Shown here: piece by piece, positions 9,254-17,024 of the stretch
Numbering within the stretch: position 1 is the first letter of the stretch
How the letters are laid out: every line of letters starts with the position of its first letter
Assembly (NCBI GenBank): GCA_013141295.1
Contig: JABFRG010001213.1
Span: 1-34,635 of the forward strand
Length of the DNA: 34,635 nucleotides
Reading direction: 5' to 3'
DNA from: Polyangiaceae bacterium
GTDB lineage: Bacteria > Myxococcota_A > Polyangia > Polyangiales > Polyangiaceae
Translations under genes and position numbers: made by a program
Notes under the pieces: generated by a model
What the model was told of the DNA's origin: nothing
What the model saw: only the letters and a program-made list of their open reading frames with translations
Databases searched by the model: none

Positions 9254-10399
9254 CTACTTGGCGGCGGGCTTGGGGTCGATGCGCAGCACCTGGTTGCCCA
9301 GCATGTCGACGATGTACAACTTGCCGTCGGGGCCGAACACCATGCCGCCCAGCGCGCCGTCGGGCAGCCCGGTGTCGAGCCAGTTCACCGCCTCGCCCTT
9401 GAAATCGAAGGCGGTGATGCGGCCGTTGGCGTTGTCGGAGACGTACAGATAGTCGCCGTGAATCTCCAGCCCCGAGGGGCGCGTGACGAGGCCCTGGCTC
9501 TGCGACACCACCTCTTCGATGGCGGCGCCGTCCATGAAGTCGCTCGCCACGAGCTCCTCCTTCTTGGGAGCGTTCTTGGTGCGCGTGCCCGACTTGGTGT
9601 CGAGCTTCACGATGCGACCGTTGCCGGTGTCGGCGGCGTACACCATGCCGTCTTGCGGACGGAAGGCCAGGTGGCTGGGAACGCCCTCTACCCGCTTGAA
9701 CTGCCCGGCGCCGTACCAGCGGATGCTGCCGTCGGAGTGGTTGTCCATGCCCACGCCGTGGTCCTTGGCGAAGTCGTAGCGCTGGATGGCGCCGGACTGG
9801 CCGCCGAACACCCAGTACACGTTGTCGGCTTCGTGGGTGATGCCCATGCAGAGCGGGCTCGAGTGGAGCATGTCGATGTGCGAGCCCAGGCCGATCGGGT
9901 CCTTCTTGGTGAAGATCGCCAGATCGCTGGTCCACAAGACCGGCCCCATGAAGTCGTTGGCATTGCCTTCCATCGATCCGTGCTCGTTGCGCGACTCGCC
10001 GCAGGTGCCGAAGGTACCGATGGATCCGAAGGTGGTGGGCTCGGCGCCGAAGGCGATGGAGGTGGGGCGGTCCATGAAGTGGTCCATGGCCGGCTCGTTG
10101 CGTCGCTCCGACGTGCGCCCGTCGCTGGTGGCGTCGTGCACGATGACCATACTGTTGTCGGTGGCGTTCACGACCCACAGCTCGCCACTCACGCGCGGAT
10201 TGAAGTCGAGGTCGGTGGGGCGCTTGAGGCGTGCCTCCGGGCCGATGATGGTGGTCAGCGTGACGGAGGCGGCGGTCTTGTCACCCACTCCCAGCTCGGG
10301 AGCCACCGGCGCTTTGGGGGTCGGCGCGGGGGCTGCGGCGGGGTCGGATGCGCAGCCGAGGGCGAGGACGAGCGAGGAGCCGATGATGAGTTGTCGCAT
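9254..10399 (-). CDS. NHL-repeat / six-bladed beta-propeller lipoprotein
   Basis: MRQLIIGSSLVLALGCASDP is a lipoprotein signal. Recurrent blade endings: GRIVKLD, GRITAFD, NQVLRIDPK, YVSDNANG, LYIVDMLG. Confidence 0.7.
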   Translation of the reverse strand: MRQLIIGSSLVLALGCASDPAAAPAPTPKAPVAPELGVGDKTAASVTLTTIIGPEARLKRPTDLDFNPRVSGELWVVNATDNSMVIVHDATSDGRTSERRNEPAMDHFMDRPTSIAFGAEPTTFGSIGTFGTCGESRNEHGSMEGNANDFMGPVLWTSDLAIFTKKDPIGLGSHIDMLHSSPLCMGITHEADNVYWVFGGQSGAIQRYDFAKDHGVGMDNHSDGSIRWYGAGQFKRVEGVPSHLAFRPQDGMVYAADTGNGRIVKLDTKSGTRTKNAPKKEELVASDFMDGAAIEEVVSQSQGLVTRPSGLEIHGDYLYVSDNANGRITAFDFKGEAVNWLDTGLPDGALGGMVFGPDGKLYIVDMLGNQVLRIDPKPAAK

Positions 10400-10570
10400 G
10401 GATGGGAGCCTCGCCTACGCACGTGCCGTGCCAAGGTGAACCGCGAAAAAAGCGCGGCAAAGGAAGGCCTTTCCCTACTGCATCCTGTGGGGGCGTCAAG
10501 CGACTGACTGACGCCAGTGCCAGAGTTTACGGCGTCGCCGTAGGTTTTTCTGGTTCCCCGTGACGCTGTG

Positions 10571-12223
10571 TCACTTCGGACCAGCGAGCTCGAAGACGTC
10601 CCAGGCGGGTGTGTGGTTGTTCTCCGTCTCCGGTTGGTTCCAGAGATAGAGCGCCGGGTAGGTCTGCACCACGCCGCCGCTGACCACGATGGGCGCCACG
10701 TAGAGCTGCGGTCCATGCCCGGTGGCGTAGCGCGTGGAGGAGAAGACCATGAAGTAGTAGTCCTTGCCGTTGGCGCGCTTCACCTCCGGCGACCACTTGG
10801 GCCACGAGTTGGTGATGCCCGGGCTCTTCACGGTGGAGAGGCAGGCCGGCGGGTCGTTGGCCGCGAGTCGCGTCGGCGTGCCGCCGGCGCGGGGCACCAC
10901 GAAGACCTCGGCGGCGGCGTTGTTGTAGCTGGTGGCCGAAGGACCCGCGGGGATGCGGTTCATGGCCAGGAAGGCGTCATCCGCCGAGAACGTGGGGTAG
11001 AAGTAGTGGAACGCCGGATCGCTCGCCCCGGCGATGGCCGCCGCCGCGCCGCCCGCGCGATTCGTGTAGGGTACAGTGAAGAGCGCGCCGGAACCGGTGA
11101 TGGTACCGGCGCCGGAGCCGGGCGAAGAGGTGTAGACGATGGTCTGGCCATCGTGGCTGAAGCTCGCGGCCGAGGCGGCGTTGGCGTCGCCGGTGCGGGC
11201 CACGATGCCCCAGCCCTCGCCCTGGTTGGTGCTCGGGGCTTCCAGGTTGGTCCACACGATCTCGGTCTTGCCCGCGATGGGCAGCATGGTGAGCGCGGTG
11301 TGATCGCCATCTTGCCAGTGGGCCTTGGAGAACGCCGGCGCGTGCTGGTCGAGGCGGCCCAGCAGCGTGCGGGCACTGGCGGTGAGGAACGGGGGCTCCG
11401 CCGCGGTGCCGTCGAGGGATCGCAGGTTCACGAAGGCCGGGCCGCTGCCGTCGCCGGGGTTGGTGGACACGGTCATGGCCACGTACTTTCCGTCCGGCGT
11501 CGACGTGTGACACGCCACGCACGCGGTACCCGTCTGCGGCGGCGTGATGACCGTCTGCACGGTCTCGTCGCCCATGCGAAAGCCCTTGAGCACCGAGCCA
11601 CCGCTGGTGGTCCAGTAGACGACCGTTCCGGCGGCCGCCACCGGCGCGATCTCCATGGTGCCGTCGGCGCCGAGGAACGGGCCGGCGGTGATCTTGCCTC
11701 CGGCGTCGACCACCAGGCTGCGAACGCGCACCTTCAGCGTCTGCCCCACGGCCACCGCGGTGATGGTCTTCCAGGTCGCGCTCACCAACGTGTAACCACT
11801 CTGGCGGGTGTAGATGCGCAGCGGCGTCTTCTCGCCCGGAATGTCCAGGCGAATCTCGAAGAGGTTCTCCTGGTTCGGCGCCGTGAAGCGAAAGCGAGGA
11901 CGGATCCAGTTGCGCGGGATGAGCGAGCCGAGCTCCGGTTCGTGCAGGCACGGTCCGGTGCTCGCGGTGTCCTTGCCTTCGAACAGCGCCGGGGCGTTGC
12001 CGGGCACGTCCACGTCCAGCACCGGCTGCGCGAAGTCGTCGCGATCGATGGTGGGCGGCACCGGCGGTTCGGCCTCGACGCTCGCGTCCGGAAACGCCGA
12101 GGGCATGTCGGTGGTCGATCCGTCGCAGGAAGCGAGCGCCGCCACCAGGCCCGCGCCCATGGCCACCCACAGCGGAAGCGTTCGTTGCATCCATTTCGCG
12201 CGGCTACCGCTTCGGTCGATCAT
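10571..12223 (-). CDS. Secreted lipoprotein with TolB/PD40-like beta-propeller repeats and a CxxCH motif
   Basis: Track ORF 10571..12328. I prefer ATG 12223 (GGAGAA upstream), giving MIDRSGSRAKWMQRTLPLWVAMGAGLVAALASCDG (lipobox LASC). PD40-like strings: HDGQTIVYTSS, PDGKYVAMTVS, FSADDAFLAMN, WPKWSPE...YYFMVFSSTR. CVACH is encoded at 11507..11521. Confidence 0.65.
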   Translation of the reverse strand: MIDRSGSRAKWMQRTLPLWVAMGAGLVAALASCDGSTTDMPSAFPDASVEAEPPVPPTIDRDDFAQPVLDVDVPGNAPALFEGKDTASTGPCLHEPELGSLIPRNWIRPRFRFTAPNQENLFEIRLDIPGEKTPLRIYTRQSGYTLVSATWKTITAVAVGQTLKVRVRSLVVDAGGKITAGPFLGADGTMEIAPVAAAGTVVYWTTSGGSVLKGFRMGDETVQTVITPPQTGTACVACHTSTPDGKYVAMTVSTNPGDGSGPAFVNLRSLDGTAAEPPFLTASARTLLGRLDQHAPAFSKAHWQDGDHTALTMLPIAGKTEIVWTNLEAPSTNQGEGWGIVARTGDANAASAASFSHDGQTIVYTSSPGSGAGTITGSGALFTVPYTNRAGGAAAAIAGASDPAFHYFYPTFSADDAFLAMNRIPAGPSATSYNNAAAEVFVVPRAGGTPTRLAANDPPACLSTVKSPGITNSWPKWSPEVKRANGKDYYFMVFSSTRYATGHGPQLYVAPIVVSGGVVQTYPALYLWNQPETENNHTPAWDVFELAGPK

Positions 12224-12373
12224 GGCGTTCTCCAGCGCAGCGGCGCTCGAGCCGCGCGTTCGCGAGAGCGCCGTGAAACGCTCCGCAGGTCCGAGCGAAC
12301 TATACGCCAGCTCGCGCCTTCCCGGCACGAAGACCGTGCGTCGCGCAACTCTTACGCGCGCGCAACGCTCGCT

Positions 12374-12709
12374 TCAGTGCGTCGTGACGAGCGCGGTCGT
12401 CTCCTTCGAGCCCGCGTCACCGAACACCTCACGCGCCTTGCGAGCGGCCCGCTCGAGGGTGCCAGGCCGGAGGCTCTCGAGCACGCCCACACCCACCGCG
12501 CCCGCAGCCATGCCGGCAGCGAAGGTGGCGAGGAGCGTGGTCTTCCGCGTACGGCTCACCAGGCGCAATGCGGGGATCACCCACGGCGCCGCCTTCCAGG
12601 CGACCCGGAGCAGGCGCTTCGCCAGGTGGGGAGGGCGCACACCTTCGTCGGTGCTCGGGTAGAGAGCGTCCATGGCGGCGGTCACGAGCTGTTGCATGTC
12701 GGTCGGCAT
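12374..12709 (-). CDS. Small hypothetical membrane protein (111 aa)
   Basis: C-terminal part of track ORF 12374..13090 starting at ATG 12709 (MPTDMQQLV...). GC3 by hand is about 88%, consistent with coding. One hydrophobic segment, TLLATFAAGMAAGAVGVGVL. It lies 45 nt upstream of the PD40 lipoprotein gene. No SD sequence is seen. Confidence 0.5.
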   Translation of the reverse strand: MPTDMQQLVTAAMDALYPSTDEGVRPPHLAKRLLRVAWKAAPWVIPALRLVSRTRKTTLLATFAAGMAAGAVGVGVLESLRPGTLERAARKAREVFGDAGSKETTALVTTH

Positions 12710-12884
12710 GCGCTTGCTTGAGCGAACGCCGTGCCACCCGGCGAAAACACGCCCGGGTGGATGAAATGCGCGGGCGTCGTCCGGCCGCTCGCGTGGCGCT
12801 TTGGCCCGACCTGGGGCGTTTCGGCTCCCGGCGCCCTCGGTTTCCCCTTCTGCCAACCTGGACACCGAGGGTAGGCTCCCCACG

Positions 12885-14441
12885 ATGCCTCGAGGACGTT
12901 GGCTCCTTCCGCTGCTGGCGCTGCTGGCACCCGCGTGCTCCGGCGAGGTGGCCCGGGCGCCGTCGCCGGCTCCCTCGTCGGCGGTCGTGGTGGTGCCCGA
13001 CCCGGCGGGCGTAACGGTTTCCCCGGGCGCGCCGAAGGAGCGACAGCGCGTGGCCCCGCGCCGTGCCCTCCGCGGCGCATGGATCTCCACGGTCTACAAC
13101 GGCACCTGGCCGAGTCGCGCGGGCCTGGGCGAAGTGGCGGCCCTCGCCGAGCTCACGGCGCTCCTCGACGGCCTCGTCGCAGCCGGCGCCAACGCGGTCT
13201 TCCTCCAGGTCCGGCCGGAGTCCGACGCCCTCTACCGATCGACCCTCGAACCCTGGAGCCGGTTCCTCGCCGGCACCCAGGGCAAAGACCCGGGGTACGA
13301 TCCGCTGGCCCGCGCCATCGAGCTCGCCCATGCGCGCGGTCTCGAGCTCCACGCCTGGCTCAACCCGTTCCGGGGGATGACCTCGGCATCGGTGCAGACT
13401 GCAGACAATCATCCGACTCGCGTGCTCGCCGAGCACACCCGCGCCTGGGGCAGCCAGCTGTGGATGGACCCCGGCGCCCCGGCGGTGCAGGCTCACGTGC
13501 TCGCGGTCATCGAAGACCTGCTCCGGCGCTACGACGTGGATGGCCTGCACTTCGACGACTACTTCTATCCCTATCCGATCGCCGGAAAGTCGTTCCCCGA
13601 CGACGACACCTTCGCGGCCTACCAGAGCGCCGGCGGCGCGCTCGCACGGGACGACTATCGCCGCGCCAACGTCGACGATTTCGTGCGCCGCGTCTCCGAG
13701 CTCTCGGCGCGGGTTCGCCCCGACGTGCGCTTCGGCGTGAGCCCCTTCGGCATCTGGCGGCCCGGGTATCCCCGGGGTATCGTGGGCCTCGACGCGTACG
13801 CCGAGCTCTATTGCGACGCGCCCAAGTGGATCGATCGCGGCTGGGTCGACTACCTCGCCCCGCAACTCTACTGGCCCACCACGCGGCCGGCCCAGGACTT
13901 CGCCGCGCTGCTCGACTTCTGGGCAGCGCACGCCAAAGGCGGTCGCACCATCGTGGTGGGGCATGACCTGAGCAAGCTCGGGCAGACGGAATTCCCGCCC
14001 AGCGAGATCGACAAGCAGCTGGCTCTGGTCGACGCGGCGCGTGCCAAGGGCGTCGCCGGGAGCATCTTCTTCACCGCGCGTCCGCTCGCCCAGGACGACC
14101 AGGCCATCCGCACCTCGGTGGTGGGGCCGCGCTGGTCGCTCCCGGCGGTCACGCCGACCGTCGCCGCTGCGTCTGCCGAACCGCGTCCCGAGCCACCGAT
14201 CGTCGAGTGGGTGCGCGAGCCCGGCGAAGACAAGCCCACCGCTCGCATCTCCGTGCCGCCCGGCACGCGGCTCCGCTCTGTCCTGGTCTACGTTCAGGGT
14301 GAGGCCGGGCTCACCCTCTCCCGGGTCGTTCCCGCGGAGCAGCTTCCGCTGGGGCTCCGCATCTCCGGACGCGCGGCGGTCGGCGTGCTCGATCGCGCGA
14401 GCCGCGCCAGTGACGTGCGCGTGCTCCGTTCACCGCCCTGA
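12885..14441 (+). CDS. Glycoside-hydrolase-like family 10 (GHL10 / YngK-type) secreted protein
   Basis: In frame with track ORF 12801..14441. ATG 12885 gives MPRGRWLLPLLALLAPACSG (signal). LRGAWISTVYNGTWPS..., AGANAVFLQVRPESDALYRSTLEPWS..., AHARGLELHAWLNPF and DGLHFDDYFYPYP are typical of GHL10. Confidence 0.75.
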   Translation: MPRGRWLLPLLALLAPACSGEVARAPSPAPSSAVVVVPDPAGVTVSPGAPKERQRVAPRRALRGAWISTVYNGTWPSRAGLGEVAALAELTALLDGLVAAGANAVFLQVRPESDALYRSTLEPWSRFLAGTQGKDPGYDPLARAIELAHARGLELHAWLNPFRGMTSASVQTADNHPTRVLAEHTRAWGSQLWMDPGAPAVQAHVLAVIEDLLRRYDVDGLHFDDYFYPYPIAGKSFPDDDTFAAYQSAGGALARDDYRRANVDDFVRRVSELSARVRPDVRFGVSPFGIWRPGYPRGIVGLDAYAELYCDAPKWIDRGWVDYLAPQLYWPTTRPAQDFAALLDFWAAHAKGGRTIVVGHDLSKLGQTEFPPSEIDKQLALVDAARAKGVAGSIFFTARPLAQDDQAIRTSVVGPRWSLPAVTPTVAAASAEPRPEPPIVEWVREPGEDKPTARISVPPGTRLRSVLVYVQGEAGLTLSRVVPAEQLPLGLRISGRAAVGVLDRASRASDVRVLRSPP

Positions 14442-14457
14442 CCGCCGGAAACGGAAA

Positions 14458-14485
14458 CGGCCGATCCTGTTTCCAGGACCGGCCG
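14458..14485. terminator. Strong hairpin between convergent genes (candidate bidirectional or minus-strand intrinsic terminator)
   Basis: CGGCCGATCCTG (14458..14469), loop TTTC, CAGGACCGGCCG (14474..14485). This is a 12-bp stem with one mismatch. On the minus strand it is followed by TTTCCGTTTCC. It sits 17 nt after the GHL10 stop and 22 nt after the DUF4331 stop. Confidence 0.5.
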
Positions 14486-14507
14486 CGCCGCATCGACCTC
14501 GGTCTGT

Positions 14508-15899
14508 TCAGGGAGCGGCCTTGCCGTGACCCTGGCTGTAGCCTTCCCAGGGAAGGGCGAGGTAGGGGAAGCTCGTGAGGTACGGCTTGTCGTTGCTGTT
14601 GACGCCGTCGCTCACGGTGAGCGTGCCCTTGGCGAGGATCACCGAGAGGAGCACGTCGGTGACGTCGGCTTGCTCCTTGGTGGCGTCCTTGCCGCCGGGA
14701 ATCGAGCGACCGTTGGGGAAGCTCGAGTCGAGGCCCATGTCGACGCGCAGGACGTCGCCGGTGGCCGCGAGCGGAATGTCGTGGCCGCTGGCGCGCAGGT
14801 TGATGGTGTCGATGATGTCGAGGCGGTTGTTCTTCAGCGCGTCGACGGTGGTCTGCGGCACGCCGAGGGCGGTGTAGATGCCGACCGCCTCGGCGTCGCG
14901 CACGATGACCGGGCTCAGGAAGTACGACCCGAAGCGCTGCACGTCGCGGTTGGGGCGGGTGCGGTTGAACTTGTCCTTGTCCTGGATGCCGATGAGCGCT
15001 TCGTTCACCAGCGGGAGACCCAGGCGCGAGACCTGGACCCAGTCGCCGAGATCGTAGTCCACGCCGTTGTTGCCGCGGATGGTGGCGCGGGGGCGGCTGG
15101 CCGAGGCCCAGATGCCCAGGGTGTTGTCGACGTTGGCGCCGGCGGCCGGAGGCTGGCCGTTGGCGGTGAGCTCGCTGGTGGGAATCTCGAGGGCGATGGT
15201 GTGGCAGTTGAAGCCGGAGACGCCGTCGGTGGCCTTGCCTTCGAGCAGGTTCGCGAGGTCGAAGGTACGTGCAAGATCCACGTAAAATCCGTCGTCCCGG
15301 GGGCCGGCCCACACGCGACCCGCGCCCATGGGGTTGATGAAGGTGCTGGCAAACGCGTCGGTGTATCCGCCCTTGAGCTGGTAGGCCACGGCGCTGGTGC
15401 GCGGTCCGATGTTCACCGGAGCCACCGGAATGTCGCGGGCCACCACCTGGCGCTTGCCGTTGGCCAGCACCTTGACGACGTTGTAGGTCTGCTTCTGCCC
15501 GGAGAGCTGGGAGAAGAACTCTTTGCCGCCGCCGAGCGGGGCCGAGAGATCGGCCGGGTCGACCCGGCCGACGCGGCTGGTCTTGAACTTGATCTCGTAG
15601 GTGACCACGTCGTCGAGGCTCTTGTTGCCGCGCGCCACGTGAACCTCGTAGAGCACGTCGTCGGAGAACTTGTGGAAGTTGGGGCCGCCGGAGGGCTCTT
15701 CGAGCGGGTTGTACGAGGCCACGACGTAGAGCTTGTCGTGGGTGCCGGGGGTGACCCAGGCCCAGAGGTCGGTGTTGTCGGCGGCCGGGTCGAACGAGAT
15801 CGACGGCGCCTCGCGGTGGCTGGACGCGCTGGCCACGGCGGCGAGCGAGGAGAAGGCCAGAGCGGCCACGGAACCGGCAAACAGATGACGAGCTTTCAT
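14508..15899 (-). CDS. DUF4331-family secreted protein
   Basis: MKARHLFAGSVAALAFSSLAAVASA is a signal peptide. It is followed directly by SSHREAPSISFDPAADNTDLWAWV, which I recognise as the N-terminal hallmark of DUF4331. RBS AGAGGAAG lies upstream of ATG 15899. Confidence 0.75.
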   Translation of the reverse strand: MKARHLFAGSVAALAFSSLAAVASASSHREAPSISFDPAADNTDLWAWVTPGTHDKLYVVASYNPLEEPSGGPNFHKFSDDVLYEVHVARGNKSLDDVVTYEIKFKTSRVGRVDPADLSAPLGGGKEFFSQLSGQKQTYNVVKVLANGKRQVVARDIPVAPVNIGPRTSAVAYQLKGGYTDAFASTFINPMGAGRVWAGPRDDGFYVDLARTFDLANLLEGKATDGVSGFNCHTIALEIPTSELTANGQPPAAGANVDNTLGIWASASRPRATIRGNNGVDYDLGDWVQVSRLGLPLVNEALIGIQDKDKFNRTRPNRDVQRFGSYFLSPVIVRDAEAVGIYTALGVPQTTVDALKNNRLDIIDTINLRASGHDIPLAATGDVLRVDMGLDSSFPNGRSIPGGKDATKEQADVTDVLLSVILAKGTLTVSDGVNSNDKPYLTSFPYLALPWEGYSQGHGKAAP

Positions 15900-15912
15900 G
15901 AGTCTTCCTCTT

Positions 15913-16914
15913 TCACTTGCCGAGCACGTAGACGGTGCCGGAGTTGTTGGCGGAGCGATCGGCCCAGGCGAACACGTCCGCGCCCTTTGCGCGGTGGAGG
16001 CCAGCGGCTTCTTCGAAGTTGCCGAAGACGTCGGTGAGCAGGGTGGTGCTCTTGTCCGAGACCTTCACTTGATACACGGCGTCGGTGCCCTTGCCCGGCT
16101 CACGGCCGGAGATGAAGAGCGTCTTGCCGTCTTGCGAGAGCGCGACGCCGGCCGGATAGCCGAGGCCGATGCCGTCCTTGAACACCTCGGGAGCGCCGCC
16201 ACTGGCGATGCGGTACACCGCGGAGCCAGCCTGGCTGCGCGCGTCGGCCACGAAGATGGTGCCGTCGTCGGCCAGGGTGATGCCGCTCGGCGCCTCGAAG
16301 GGCTCGCCCATGGCGACCGCGCTGCGGCCTCCACCGGCGACGCCGATCTTCATGACGCCCACCCGCTCGTCGGCTTCGCGACCGGTGAAGTACACGGTGC
16401 TGCCCAGGACCTCGAGGCCGCGCGGCTGCGTCTTCTCGCTGCCCGCGAGCACCGCCGGCGTGCCGCCGGAGATGGGGAGGGTGAAGATGGCGCCCTTTTC
16501 CTCGTCCTCGCCGTTGTCCGCGCCGGAGTCGGCCACGAACAACGTCTGCCCGTCGCCGGAGATGGCGATGCCGAAGGGCGCCACCAGCGGAGCGCCGGAG
16601 GCGAGCTTGGTGACGCCGCCACCGGTGGCCGCAGACACGAAGACCGCGGGCGTTCCGTCGGCCGCAATGGCTGTAAAATACACTTTGTCGCCCTTGGGGT
16701 CGGGCGTGGCGTCGAGCGGCGAAACGAAGTCCGCAGAGTTGGCGGCCGGCGTCACCGTGAGCTTCTTGGGCTCCGCGTCTCCGTCACTACTGCAAGCTAC
16801 GACCACCGCCACGCTGAGCAGCGCGGCGCCTTTGAAGCTGGCGGCCCATCGTCCACGCGTCTTGCCCGAGCTCGCGCGATTGGACGTGGCGGCACGCCTG
16901 GTTGGTTTCATCAT
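15913..16914 (-). CDS. Beta-propeller lipoprotein (NHL/SMP-30-like repeats)
   Basis: Basic N-region, then LLSVAVVVACSSDGD (lipobox). Repeated blade pattern: KVYFTA, TLFVADSG, TVYFTG, TIFVADA, TLFISG, ADVFAWAD. GAGGAGG lies 9 nt upstream of ATG 16914. The gene ends 13 nt before the DUF4331 gene. Confidence 0.65.
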   Translation of the reverse strand: MMKPTRRAATSNRASSGKTRGRWAASFKGAALLSVAVVVACSSDGDAEPKKLTVTPAANSADFVSPLDATPDPKGDKVYFTAIAADGTPAVFVSAATGGGVTKLASGAPLVAPFGIAISGDGQTLFVADSGADNGEDEEKGAIFTLPISGGTPAVLAGSEKTQPRGLEVLGSTVYFTGREADERVGVMKIGVAGGGRSAVAMGEPFEAPSGITLADDGTIFVADARSQAGSAVYRIASGGAPEVFKDGIGLGYPAGVALSQDGKTLFISGREPGKGTDAVYQVKVSDKSTTLLTDVFGNFEEAAGLHRAKGADVFAWADRSANNSGTVYVLGK

Positions 16915-17024
16915 GTCCCGTGACCTCCTCGCGCATCACTACGAGGCAGCCTCCGGTTGGTTGCGCGAAATTCCGCAGGACCGGTCACAACGTGCGTAAA
17001 CGCGGACTATTTCCTCAGGCTCGC

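Noticed and set aside
10441-10457. CCGCG-aaaaaag-CGCGG hairpin as terminator of the PD40 lipoprotein gene
   Set aside because: The stem is only 5 bp, and on the transcribed (minus) strand the T-run lies in the loop rather than after the stem.
10568-12721. 717-aa plus-strand ORF
   Set aside because: It is antisense to the PD40-like lipoprotein and the small membrane-protein genes. Its composition is Arg/Gly-rich with no motifs.
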